Origin: Chloroflexota bacterium
GTDB taxonomy: Bacteria; Chloroflexota; Dehalococcoidia; Lucifugimonadales; Lucifugimonadaceae
Assembly: GCA_002730555.1 (NCBI GenBank)
Contig: PCAM01000037.1
Span: forward strand, 85,630 to 149,629
DNA length: 64,000 bases
Direction: 5' to 3'
The position numbers and the translations under genes were made by a program. This document shows positions 1 through 9,392 of the stretch, piece by piece (position 1 is the first letter of the stretch; each line of letters starts with the position of its first letter). The notes below the pieces were generated by a model. It searched no databases. It saw nothing but the letters and a program-made list of their open reading frames with translations, and had not been told where the DNA came from.

Positions 1-1
1 A

Positions 2-235
2 CTGGGACAACCGCCGGTGATGCTGTACCGGGACGGCGAGATGCGCAGTTACAGCGACATGGAAACGGACTGGGTCGACAGCTTCCGACTGGGCGCACAA
101 GTGTTCACAGAAGCGATCACAAACGGCGCCGAACCAGAGCTAAACGGCGAAGAGGCCGTACACACCCTGGCCTTCGCCCTAGGCGAGATCAAAAGCGCGA
201 CCGAGGGCGTCAAGGTGAAGCTGGCGGAGATGTAG
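2..235 (+). CDS. C-terminal fragment of an oxidoreductase, probably Gfo/Idh/MocA family (5' end outside window)
   Basis: The frame is open from the window edge to TAG at 233-235. The tail (...DWVDSFRLGAQVFTEAITNGAEPELNGEEAVHTLAFALGEIKSATEGVKVKL) resembles the C-terminal domain of Gfo/Idh/MocA dehydrogenases. The family call rests on pattern memory only. Confidence 0.35.
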   Translation: MGQPPVMLYRDGEMRSYSDMETDWVDSFRLGAQVFTEAITNGAEPELNGEEAVHTLAFALGEIKSATEGVKVKLAEM

Positions 236-242
236 AGCCCCT

Positions 243-1514
243 CTAAAACACGTCCTCGCTGGCTTTGAGCGCCTTTATGTCTCCCGATGAGTAGCCTGCT
301 TCCTGAAGAATCTCGTCGGTGTGTTCGCCGAAGGCCGGGGCTCCTCTGGTGATCTTCAACGGGGATTCGCTCATGCTGGCCAGCGGACCGGGGCCGCGAG
401 TGTCACCTGAGACAGTGTGATGCGTCTCCACGACCATTCCGTTGGCCAGGGCCTGTTCATCGGAGACCATCTCTTCGATGAAGCGCATCGGCCCGCACGG
501 CACCCCGGCGGCGGTGAGAATTTTGAGCCACTCGTCGGTGGTCTTCTCCGAAAAGAGCTTGGTGTAATTCAGAATCAAGTTCTCGGCAAATTCGATCGCC
601 ACGGGTGACTCCCGCACATAGCCGACATCGAACCTGATGTCGTGAACGCCCATAGCGTCCGCCATCTTCTGACGCAGCGGATTGCTGAGACAACCGATCG
701 AGATCACCCAGTCGCTGGTCTGATAGGCCTTGTAGTAGGCCATGAACTCCGGGTTATAGCGTTGACCGCGATAGGCGGTATAGATGTCGGAAAACTCGAC
801 GCCGGCATCTTTGAGCACCGGCAGATCCTCATCTCGCCAGATCTGACGGGGCGTCGGGAACTCATCCAGTTCCGTGAGAGCGCCCACCTGCATAGTCAGT
901 GAGTTCTGCAACAGGGAGTTTTCGATCTTCTGACCTTTGCCCGTCCGTTCACGGTAATAGAGCGCAGCGGAGACCGACATCATGATCGAGTACCCGGTGG
1001 CCATATCAGATACCGGGGAGACGGTAACGGTCCCCGGCACGCCATCGTTGTCATGACCTTCAGAGGTCATCATCCCGCTGAGCGCCTGGACGATCACGTC
1101 ATATCCGGGAAGGTCCTTGTTCGGGCCCTTTCGACCGTACGCTGTGACTTCACAGTAAATAACCCTTGGATTGACCGCGGACAGGGTTTCGTAGTCGATG
1201 CCAAGTTTTGCGGGCACGTCCGGCCGGTGGTTCAACACGACGACATCGGCGTCTTCCACCAGCTTGCGCATAACCAGTTGGCCGCCGGGTTTGGTGAGGT
1301 CCACACGGATACTTCGTTTGCCCCGGTTGACCGCGATGAACCCCCGGCTCTCGTTCGGGCCGGACGGGCCGGGCGAACCTCGCCACGGATCGCCCCACGG
1401 AGGCTCGATTTTGATCACGTCCGCCCCGAAATCGGCCAGCAGCATCCCGCCGACGGGTCCGGCGATGATCTCCGTGAACTCTATGACGCGCACGCCCTCT
1501 AACGGACCGGGCAT
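243..1514 (-). CDS. family III (CaiB/BaiF-type) CoA-transferase, paralog 1
   Basis: 423 aa. N-terminus MPGPLEGVRVIEFTEIIAGPVGG, then PPWGDPWR, FIAVNRGKRS, NHRPDVPAKLGIDYETL and SDMATGY. These are typical family III CoA-transferase features. Confidence 0.85.
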   Translation of the reverse strand: MPGPLEGVRVIEFTEIIAGPVGGMLLADFGADVIKIEPPWGDPWRGSPGPSGPNESRGFIAVNRGKRSIRVDLTKPGGQLVMRKLVEDADVVVLNHRPDVPAKLGIDYETLSAVNPRVIYCEVTAYGRKGPNKDLPGYDVIVQALSGMMTSEGHDNDGVPGTVTVSPVSDMATGYSIMMSVSAALYYRERTGKGQKIENSLLQNSLTMQVGALTELDEFPTPRQIWRDEDLPVLKDAGVEFSDIYTAYRGQRYNPEFMAYYKAYQTSDWVISIGCLSNPLRQKMADAMGVHDIRFDVGYVRESPVAIEFAENLILNYTKLFSEKTTDEWLKILTAAGVPCGPMRFIEEMVSDEQALANGMVVETHHTVSGDTRGPGPLASMSESPLKITRGAPAFGEHTDEILQEAGYSSGDIKALKASEDVF

Positions 1515-1547
1515 CTACTGGACCTCCCTGTGGCCTGGCTGAGGTTT

Positions 1548-2849
1548 TCAGATATCCGGGTTAACGCTTCCGGACACAGCGCCGGACTCTATCAGGGTTT
1601 CGATCTCGGAATCGTTGTATCCGATCTCCGAAAGCACTTCCGAAGTGTGTTGCCCGAGCATCGGAGACGGCTTCTCTGCTGCGGTCGGTGAATCGGTCAT
1701 CTTGAAGATCGGTCCGGCGGTTCGCACCGAGCCAGCCAACGGGTGTTCCTGCTCAACGATCAGTCCATTTGCGATTGCCTGTTCATCGAACACCATCTCT
1801 TCCACGAACTTGAGCGGGGCCACGGGCACCCCGGCGCGCTCCAGCAGGTCGATCCAGTGCGACGCCGGTTTTTCCAGGAACATCCGCTCTGCTTCCAGCA
1901 CCACCTGACGTGCCGACTCCAACCCTTCTTCGCTTTGCTGGTCGTAGCCGGGACTGAAGCGCGGGTCGTCGAGCCCCATGGCATCCGCCATCTTCTTGCG
2001 AAGCGGCTCGCTCAGGCAACCGACGGCGATAACCCAGTCCTTCGCCTGGAAGGTCCGGTAATAGGGCCGGTACGCCGGTGAACGGTCGTCCTGCTGGTAG
2101 AGTGCGTTCACGTCCGGGTACAGCAGCCCGGCCTCTCGCACCGCCAAGAGGTCTTCCATGACCATGCGGGACTGTGCGGACGGCGTGGACGGGACGTAGG
2201 TCAGTGGCAGCGATTGTATGTATAGGGCGTTGGACAGTAATGAGGTCTCGATCTTCTGTCCTCGTCCGGTGCGCTCACGATGGAACAGGCCGGCAAGCAC
2301 GCCCTGGCAAACGGCGTAACCGGTGGCGAAATCGATTGGCGGGGTGCCGCGGATCACGCGGGGCACACCGTGTTCGATAGACCCGTTCGTCGCCATCAGT
2401 CCCGTGCGCGCCTGCATGATGATGTCGTACCCGGGCTTAGCGTTCTCCGGACCTGAACGACCAAACGCCGTAATTTCGCAGTAGATGAGATCGGGCTTGA
2501 TGGCCGACAGTGTCTCGTAGTCGATGCCAAGTTTTGCGGGGACATCAGGTCGGTGGTTTGTGATCACGACATCGGACTGTCTCACGAGCCGGTGCACGAC
2601 CTTCACACCCTCAGGCTTCGTGAGATCGAGCCGTATGCTGCGCTTGCCGCGGTTGACGGCGATGAAGCCGCGGGTCTCCTTGGCCTCAGGAGGTCCAACA
2701 CGCGTCGGAGAGCCGCGCCAGGGGTCGCCCCACGGGGGTTCGACCTTTATCACGTTCGCGCCAAGGTCCGAGAGCAGCACGCCGCTCACCGGCCCGGCGA
2801 TGATTTCCGAGAATTCGACGACTCGAATGCCGTCAAGCGGACCGGCCAT
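1548..2849 (-). CDS. family III CoA-transferase, paralog 2
   Basis: Same motif set as paralog 1 (MAGPLDGIRVVEF, PPWGDPWR, IDFATGY). The ORF track starts at TTG 2852. The adjacent ATG at 2849 sits 4 nt after AGGTG and is preferred. Confidence 0.85.
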   Translation of the reverse strand: MAGPLDGIRVVEFSEIIAGPVSGVLLSDLGANVIKVEPPWGDPWRGSPTRVGPPEAKETRGFIAVNRGKRSIRLDLTKPEGVKVVHRLVRQSDVVITNHRPDVPAKLGIDYETLSAIKPDLIYCEITAFGRSGPENAKPGYDIIMQARTGLMATNGSIEHGVPRVIRGTPPIDFATGYAVCQGVLAGLFHRERTGRGQKIETSLLSNALYIQSLPLTYVPSTPSAQSRMVMEDLLAVREAGLLYPDVNALYQQDDRSPAYRPYYRTFQAKDWVIAVGCLSEPLRKKMADAMGLDDPRFSPGYDQQSEEGLESARQVVLEAERMFLEKPASHWIDLLERAGVPVAPLKFVEEMVFDEQAIANGLIVEQEHPLAGSVRTAGPIFKMTDSPTAAEKPSPMLGQHTSEVLSEIGYNDSEIETLIESGAVSGSVNPDI

Positions 2850-2920
2850 CAATCACCTGCTTTCGCCCGCAACAATTGTGGGACGGGCGCAGTTTACGCC
2901 GAGATGGTGATGAGGTCCGC

Positions 2921-4234
2921 CTATCCCGTCCAGGCGAATTCGGAATCGTGGAAGTCCTTGATCTCGGCGGCCGTATAGCCGGCCTCGGACAGCACTTCGC
3001 GGGTGTGTTCGCCCCGCCCCGGGGATGTGCGAACGGCCTCTGGAGGGCTCTCCGACCACTTCGAAAGTGGCCCCGGGCCCCGGACTCTACCCCCGACGGG
3101 ATGCTGTTGCTCGATGATCATGCCGACCGCGTGAGATTGCTCATGGTCGAGCATCTCCTCGACATACAGAACGGGCGCGGCGGGGACTCCGGCCTTCTGG
3201 AAGATGCGTATCCAGTCGGTTGAAGGCTTGCCCCGCATGATCTCTTCAACCCGGTGTGCGAGGTCGATCGCGAACTGACGCGACTCTTCGGTCGCCGGAT
3301 CGTAGTCATCGTTGAATCGAATGTCCTCGATCCCCAGACAATCGGCCGCCTTTTTCCGCATAGGCTCGCTCAGACAACCCAGGGTGATCACCTGGTCCGC
3401 CGTTTGATAGGACCGGTAGTAGATGAACACGGCGAAGGGAAACGGCCTGCGCTCCCGGTAGATATCGTCGATTTCGGGATAGGTCAGCCCGGCGTTCCTG
3501 AGCAGGGGCAACTCATCGTTGACAAACACGGTCCCGGGAGCCGGAGCGTTCTCAATATCGGTCAGGGAATGAGCCTGAATCGTCAACGCGTTTGCGAACA
3601 GGGAGGTCTCGACTTTTTGACCCTTACCCGTCCGCTCTCGATAGAAAAGCGCCGCGCATACCGACTGAACAACCGAGTAGCCGGTCGCGAAATCCACCAT
3701 CGGCGTAGCCAGCAAGTACCGTGGCACACCATCGTTTACCGTGGTGTCCCCGGATTTATACCCCTCAAGGACGCCCTCGCTGGCCATTATTCCGGTGAGA
3801 CCCTGCATGAGCAGGTCGTACCCGGGATTGTTGGCAAACGGTCCATCCCTGCCAAACGCCGTGATCTCGCTGTAGATGATGTCCGGCTTCACCCGCCTCA
3901 ACGTTTCGTAGTCGATCCCAAGTTTCGGAAGGACGTCGGCACGATGGTTGACCGTTACGACATCGGCGTTCGATACCAGCCTGTGAACAATGGAGCGGCC
4001 TTCGTCTGAAGCAAGATTCAGTGAAACGGACCTTTTGCCGCGGTTCACCGAGATGAAAACCTTGCTCTCGGTGTCGCTGATCCTCATCCCTCCACCCGCG
4101 CGCCAGGGGTCGCCCCACGGCGGCTCGACCTTGATTACATCAGCCCCGAGATCGGAGAGGAGCACCCCACTGACCGGTCCAGCGATGATCTGCGAGAACT
4201 CTATGACGCGAATACCTTGAAGCGGACCGGCCAT
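2921..4234 (-). CDS. family III CoA-transferase, paralog 3
   Basis: MAGPLQGIRVIEF, PPWGDPWR, VDFATGY. ATG 4234 is preferred over TTG 4237, with the same RBS context as paralog 2. Confidence 0.85.
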   Translation of the reverse strand: MAGPLQGIRVIEFSQIIAGPVSGVLLSDLGADVIKVEPPWGDPWRAGGGMRISDTESKVFISVNRGKRSVSLNLASDEGRSIVHRLVSNADVVTVNHRADVLPKLGIDYETLRRVKPDIIYSEITAFGRDGPFANNPGYDLLMQGLTGIMASEGVLEGYKSGDTTVNDGVPRYLLATPMVDFATGYSVVQSVCAALFYRERTGKGQKVETSLFANALTIQAHSLTDIENAPAPGTVFVNDELPLLRNAGLTYPEIDDIYRERRPFPFAVFIYYRSYQTADQVITLGCLSEPMRKKAADCLGIEDIRFNDDYDPATEESRQFAIDLAHRVEEIMRGKPSTDWIRIFQKAGVPAAPVLYVEEMLDHEQSHAVGMIIEQQHPVGGRVRGPGPLSKWSESPPEAVRTSPGRGEHTREVLSEAGYTAAEIKDFHDSEFAWTG

Positions 4235-4306
4235 CAATCACCTGCTTTCGTCCGAAATAAACAATGGGCGAGCGCAGTGTACGCCGGGTGGTTGGGCTGA
4301 TCCGGC

Positions 4307-5617
4307 TTATCCCGTCCGTGCGGAACCGGCTTCGTGGAAAGCTTCTATCTCGGCGGCTGAATATCCGGCTTCCGCGAGCACCTCCCGGGTGTGCTCGCCC
4401 TTGGCGGGTGATATGCGCACGGCTTCTGGACTGGTCTCCGACCATTTCGATAGAGGGCCGGCGAACCGCACCCTGCCGCCGACGGGATGTTGCTGTTCCA
4501 TGATCATCCCGGTGGCTTTGGACTGCTCATGATCGATCATTTCTTCGACGTAGAGCAACGGCGCAGCGGGAACACCGGCGGCGTGGAATATCTTGAGCCA
4601 CTCCTCGGCCGGTTTCTCTTTGATGATGTCTTCGACACGATGCGCCAGGTTGATGGCGAACTCGACCGACTCGTCAGCCGTCGGGTCGTAATCTTTGTTG
4701 AAGCGGATGTCCTCAACTCCCAGACAGTCGGCCGCTTTCTTCCGAAGCGGTTCGCTGAGGCAGCCGAGAGTGATCACCTGGTCCGCAGTCTGATATGAGC
4801 GGTAGTAGATGAACGCGCCGAACGGAATCGGACGACGCTCTCGGTAGATGGTGTCGATCTCCTGGTAGGAGAGGCCGGCTTCCCTGAGCAACGGCAGCTC
4901 GTTCTGAACGAAATCAAACGACGGTGACGGGGCGTTCTCTACCTGTGTCAACGAGAGTCCCTGGATCGTCAGGGCGTTGGCAAACAGGGAGGTCTCGATC
5001 TTCTGGCCCTGCCCGGTGCGTTCCCGGTGGAACAGCGCGGCGCAAACGGATTGGACGACCGAATACCCGGTTGCGTAGTCAACCATCGGCATCACGGTCA
5101 GATACCGGGGCACGCCCTCATTCATCTTGAGGTCACCGGACCGATACCCGTCCATGATCCCTTCGGCCGCCATCACACCGGTCAATCCCTGCATGAGTAG
5201 GTCGTAACCGGGATTCCCGGCGAACGGGCCTTCCCGCCCAAACGCCGTTATCTCGCTGTAGACGAGGTCTGGCTTGATCTTCCTCAGGGTTTCGTAGTCG
5301 ATCTTGAGCGCATCCAGGACATCGGCACGATTGTTGACCGTCACGACATCAGCCTGAGAGACGAGTTTATGGACGATCGATTGACCTTCTTCAGAATTCA
5401 GGTCAACGGAGACGGACCGTTTGCCGCGATTGACGGCGATAAAGCCCTTGCTTTCCGTGGCGTTTATAGGCGCCGAGCCAGCCCGCCAGGGATCGCCCCA
5501 CGGCGGCTCGACCTTGATGATGTCCGCGCCGAGGTCTGAAAGAAGCACACCGCTAATCGGTCCAGCGATGATCTGCGAGAACTCGATTACCCGAATGCCC
5601 TGGAGCGGACCTGTCAT
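4307..5617 (-). CDS. family III CoA-transferase, paralog 4
   Basis: MTGPLQGIRVIEF, PPWGDPWR, VDYATGY. By eye about three quarters of residues are identical to paralog 3. AGGTG lies 5 nt upstream of the ATG. Confidence 0.85.
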   Translation of the reverse strand: MTGPLQGIRVIEFSQIIAGPISGVLLSDLGADIIKVEPPWGDPWRAGSAPINATESKGFIAVNRGKRSVSVDLNSEEGQSIVHKLVSQADVVTVNNRADVLDALKIDYETLRKIKPDLVYSEITAFGREGPFAGNPGYDLLMQGLTGVMAAEGIMDGYRSGDLKMNEGVPRYLTVMPMVDYATGYSVVQSVCAALFHRERTGQGQKIETSLFANALTIQGLSLTQVENAPSPSFDFVQNELPLLREAGLSYQEIDTIYRERRPIPFGAFIYYRSYQTADQVITLGCLSEPLRKKAADCLGVEDIRFNKDYDPTADESVEFAINLAHRVEDIIKEKPAEEWLKIFHAAGVPAAPLLYVEEMIDHEQSKATGMIMEQQHPVGGRVRFAGPLSKWSETSPEAVRISPAKGEHTREVLAEAGYSAAEIEAFHEAGSARTG

Positions 5618-5675
5618 TCATACACCTGCTTGAATCCGTCTTGCGCGGCAACGTCGCACGACACGATGGCGCAGC

Positions 5676-6953
5676 TTATCCCAGCGCGGCCCCAGATTCG
5701 AGCAAGGCGGCAATCTCGGCGGCGGAAAACCCGGCTTCGGCCAGTATTTCGGTCGTGTGCTCTCCCAGAGCCGGAGACGGCCGCACCGCTTCCAACGGCG
5801 TATCCGAAAAATTGGCGTTGGGCCCTACAAGCTGCATCTTGCCGCCTGCGTAGTGCTCCTGCTCGATCACCAGGCCGTTGGCCTGCGCCTGTTCTTCATC
5901 GAGCAAGCCTTCCACGAAATGTACGGGCATTGCGGGGACACCCGCCTCATGGAACAGTCGTAGCCACTCATCGGACGTTTTTTTGATAATCAACTCCTCG
6001 ACCCTGAGCAGTAGGTCATCGGCAAACTCGACGGACTCCGGCGCTTCAAGATCGTAGTCCGGCTGGAATCGCCTGTCTTCGAACCCGACGCAATCAGCCA
6101 TTCGTTTCCTGAGCGGATCGCTCAGGCAGGCGACCGCTATCAGCCCTTCTGCGGTCTGGTACGGCCGGTAGTAGATCAGCATGGCTGATGGCCACCAACG
6201 AGCATCGTTGTACAGATCGTTCAGTTCGGCGTATGAAAGTCCGGCCTCCTGAAGCAACGGTAGATCTTCGTCGTACCACTGCTGGGGTTTGGTCGGGCTG
6301 CCCGGGGTCCGCGCTAGGTGGCCTGACAGGGTGGTCATGGCGTTTGCAAGAAGCGACGTCCCGATCTTCTGCCCTCGACCGCTTTTCTCCCGGAAGTAGA
6401 GAGCGGCACAGACCGATTGGACGATGGAGTACCCGGTGGCGAAGTCCACAAACGGCGTGGTCCGGATCATTCGCGGGACCTCTCGCCACATGATCCCTTC
6501 CGCTGACATGATCCCGCTGAAACTTTGTGCCAGTACGTCGTAGCCGGGACCGCCCGCGTAGGGGCCTTTAAGGCCGTATGCCGAGGCTTCTGCGTAGATG
6601 ATGCGCGGGTTGATTACGGAGAGCGTTTCGTAGTCGATACCGAGCTTTGCCGGGACGTCTGGCCGGTGGTTGGTGACGACGATGTCCGCGTCCTCGATCA
6701 GCCGATGCGCCGCGGCGCGTCCGTCGTCTTTAGTCAAATCAAGCTGGATAGAACGTTTGCCACGGTTCACGGCGATGAAGGGACGGGACTCGTGCTCCGC
6801 AAACGGGCCGCCGCCGTCACGCCACGGGTCTCCCCATGGCGGTTCGACCTTGATCACCTCCGCGCCCAGGTCTGAAAGCATCACCCCGCTCACCGGGCCG
6901 GCGATGATCTCTGTGAATTCGATGACCTTCACGCCGTCTAACGGACCCGTCAT
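5676..6953 (-). CDS. family III CoA-transferase, paralog 5
   Basis: The ORF-track start (7004) adds 17 residues that the other four copies lack. The internal ATG at 6953 gives MTGPLDGVKVIEF and is preceded by AAAGGAAG 9 nt upstream. Confidence 0.8.
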   Translation of the reverse strand: MTGPLDGVKVIEFTEIIAGPVSGVMLSDLGAEVIKVEPPWGDPWRDGGGPFAEHESRPFIAVNRGKRSIQLDLTKDDGRAAAHRLIEDADIVVTNHRPDVPAKLGIDYETLSVINPRIIYAEASAYGLKGPYAGGPGYDVLAQSFSGIMSAEGIMWREVPRMIRTTPFVDFATGYSIVQSVCAALYFREKSGRGQKIGTSLLANAMTTLSGHLARTPGSPTKPQQWYDEDLPLLQEAGLSYAELNDLYNDARWWPSAMLIYYRPYQTAEGLIAVACLSDPLRKRMADCVGFEDRRFQPDYDLEAPESVEFADDLLLRVEELIIKKTSDEWLRLFHEAGVPAMPVHFVEGLLDEEQAQANGLVIEQEHYAGGKMQLVGPNANFSDTPLEAVRPSPALGEHTTEILAEAGFSAAEIAALLESGAALG

Positions 6954-7054
6954 ACGGATTGACTTCCTTTCGCCTGTAACTGGGCTAATCGCGCGACACA
7001 CCACCCTTCGAGAGCCTCAGGAAGTGACTCGAGACGCCAAAAGTGAAGAAAGGC

Positions 7055-7918
7055 CTAGCGCTTTGGTGGTGTGATCTGTGCTCCGCGGACCCCGGCATCA
7101 AGACGTTCGATGCTGTTGCTGCCCGCGACGGTCACGTACACGGCGTCTTCCCACCAGCACATGTTCGTAACGCGGTCGCCGCGCATCGGATAGCTGCGCA
7201 GTAACTCTCCGGCCTCGACATCCAACACGTCGATCGTACCGTTGAGCCAGCGGGCGACCCACAGGCGGCCGTGTTCGTCGAACTGGCAGCCGTCGACGGT
7301 CGGGTTCGCGAACTCGAACACGGTTTGCGCATTGGAGACGTTCCTGTCGTGGTCCAGGTCGTATGACACCACCGAGTTCGTCCGGGACATGCACACGAAA
7401 AGCCGCTTCTGGTCCGGGTGAACGGCCAATCCGTTCGGATACTCGAGCCCTGACGCGAGCTGTCTCACCTCCCCGGCTGCGTCGGGGTTCGGCATAGCTA
7501 TCCGATAGATGGCGCCCGGGACCGGCTCCGAGTCGATACCGGGATCGGTAAAGTAGACGTTGCCCTTGAGATCCATACAGACGTCATTGGGTCCGTTGTA
7601 TGGGCTGCCCTCGAACTCGTCGGTGAGAACCTCGATCAACTTGCGATCGATGTCGATACGCGTAACGCGCTTCGCCCCGTGATCGGCGCAGATGAGGCCG
7701 CGGTTGCCATCGTACTTCAAGCCGTTCACGACGCCGCCTGTGTCGATCCACGACTCGACCAGCCCCCGTGGCGCAAGCCGGCCAAGCTTTCCACGCTGGC
7801 CATAGTTCACAAAGTACAGATATCCGTCCTCGTCGAAGATCGGCCCCTCTGCGAACTCAATGTTTGCAACGACCGGATACGGCTTGAGAGTCTTTGGTAG
7901 TTCAGGCGCATGCGCCAC
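7055..7918 (-). CDS. SMP-30/gluconolactonase/LRE-like beta-propeller protein (putative lactonase)
   Basis: FAEGPIFDEDGYLYFVNY, GLKYDGN, NGPNDV and YPNGLAV repeats are typical of the SGL family. The start was moved to GTG 7918, which has GAGGAG 6 nt upstream. The ORF-track N-terminal 46 aa are Arg/Ser-rich and unlikely to be coding. Confidence 0.75.
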   Translation of the reverse strand: MAHAPELPKTLKPYPVVANIEFAEGPIFDEDGYLYFVNYGQRGKLGRLAPRGLVESWIDTGGVVNGLKYDGNRGLICADHGAKRVTRIDIDRKLIEVLTDEFEGSPYNGPNDVCMDLKGNVYFTDPGIDSEPVPGAIYRIAMPNPDAAGEVRQLASGLEYPNGLAVHPDQKRLFVCMSRTNSVVSYDLDHDRNVSNAQTVFEFANPTVDGCQFDEHGRLWVARWLNGTIDVLDVEAGELLRSYPMRGDRVTNMCWWEDAVYVTVAGSNSIERLDAGVRGAQITPPKR

Positions 7919-8070
7919 GGAATGCTCCTCGTGTTCTGTCCGGTGTCGTCGCGCTCCCGGAGTACCAGCTGATTCAGGGAGGGAGCGCCGTGCGGTCGAT
8001 GCCAAACGAGGGCCAAACGTAGCACTAGTTCGGGAGCCGTACAACTTCCAATCCACGTAGTAATCGGACG

Positions 8071-8102
8071 CGAAACCGGGGACGCCTGTTGAACGTCCCC
8101 GG
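8071..8102 (-). terminator. intrinsic terminator after the USP gene
   Basis: Perfect 9-bp stem CCGGGGACG (8076-8084) / CGTCCCCGG (8094-8102) with a 9-nt loop. On the minus strand it is followed by TTTCG. Confidence 0.55.
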
Positions 8103-8127
8103 TCATATTTGCCTTCGTGGATCTCTG

Positions 8128-9180
8128 CTAGTCCCGGGGCGGCAAGACCAGTACGGGCGTGCCGGCTGATCGGATCACCTTATCGGTAACGCTGCCCAGG
8201 AAGAAACGCTTGAAGCCGGAGCGACCATGGGTGCTCATCACGATCAGGCTGCCTTCGTTCTCCTTGGCGGCTTCGATGATGACCCCGACCGCGTTTCCGA
8301 TCACCGACTGTGATTCAGCCTCAATTCCAGAGGCCCGTGCGCGCTTGACGAACGGCTCCAGGTACCTCAGCGCATCCGCCCGGGTCTCCGTCATACCAAG
8401 ATTTGTCGGCATGTAGTCCACGCCGGCCTCCGAGGAGCCGAAGTAGGGAGTCGCGGACGAGCGGATGAACAGGACTTTGGTTCCGACGGCGCGACCCATC
8501 TCAAGCGCTACAGGAACCGTTTTCTCACTGAGCACAGATCCATCGAGCGGCACGATTACCGTGGTGGGCGCGCCCGAGTTTCCGGAGAACGCCGAAACGC
8601 CCTCGGGGTGCAGCGCCAGGAGCGGCAGACTCGTCGTGTGGACCACGCGGTCAGTGACGCTGCCCAGCACGCCTCGAGCCAGGGTGGACTCACGGCGCGT
8701 CGCCATGGCGATGGCGTCTGTCCCGAGGCGTTCCGCGCCTCCAACGATCTCCTCGGCCGGCTTGCCGATGGCCACTTCGACCACGGCCTTTCCACCTGCA
8801 GCTTCGACTCGATCGGCTTCGGCGGTCAGGTACCTTCGAGCGCGTTCGACAGCCTCGTCGATCAGTTGCGATCAGGTCACGGCGTTGCCCGACCCCGGCG
8901 CAATCGCTGTGAGACCGATCACCGGCGTCGACGGTATCGGCCCCGGAGCTGCTCCGCGCGTATAGTCGGCGCCGGGCTGGTCAAACGGGCCATTCCCGGC
9001 CTCGATCGAACTGATGCCCACGTTACCGGATCTGGATCCTGACGCCTCTATATCGTCAGGATCTATTACGCCGAGCAACACTATGTCGGCATTGATTACA
9101 CGCGCCAGTCCGCAGGCCCATCCACCAATTCGTTCAGATTGTTCAGAACCATCTAGCGGCACGAGAATTTTCTTGAACAC
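8128..9180 (-). pseudogene. tandem-domain universal stress protein (UspA family) interrupted by an in-frame TGA at 8872-8874
   Basis: ORFs 8872..9348 and 8128..8784 are in the same frame (9348-8784=564). Reading through gives ...GSGNAVT*SQLIDEAVERARRYLTAEADRVEAAGGKAVVEVAIGKPAEEIV..., so the stop falls inside the first USP domain (KKILVPLDGS ... GSVTDRVVHTTSLPLLAL). The second domain is intact (VIVPLDGS ... HGRSGFKRFFLGSVTDKV). Likely start is GTG 9180, preceded by GAAGGGGG. Confidence 0.6.
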
Positions 9181-9392
9181 TTTGCGCCCCCTTCTCTTTT
9201 GTCCGGTCCCGAAACCCACGTTATCTAAAGTCGATCTGGGAATCGGTCGCCGGACCTTATGTGTCCAAGAGGGCACGCCACCCATGAGCCCGTCATGAAG
9301 TGAGGATGAGATCGTCATGACGTAAGGATCAGGATGTATGACGACCACATGAGGCTGAGTCGTCTCGATGCCGGACCGCGTTGTGGCTCAGA

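Larger units (their letters stand above)
243..6953. repeat. tandem array of five diverged ~1.34-1.39 kb gene-length repeat units (the CoA-transferase paralogs)
   Basis: Start codons at 1514, 2849, 4234, 5617 and 6953. There are conserved DNA blocks, e.g. gtagtcgatgccaagttttgcggg at about 1195 and 2519, and an identical 31-mer at 2835-2865 and 4220-4250. Confidence 0.8.

Noticed and set aside
8872-8874. Possibility that the in-frame TGA in the USP gene encodes selenocysteine.
   Set aside because: I cannot fold a convincing SECIS-like hairpin in the ~40 nt downstream. The site is in a non-redox linker or helix of a USP domain where no Cys/Sec is expected. No sel genes are in the window. A pseudogene, sequencing error or readthrough remains more likely.
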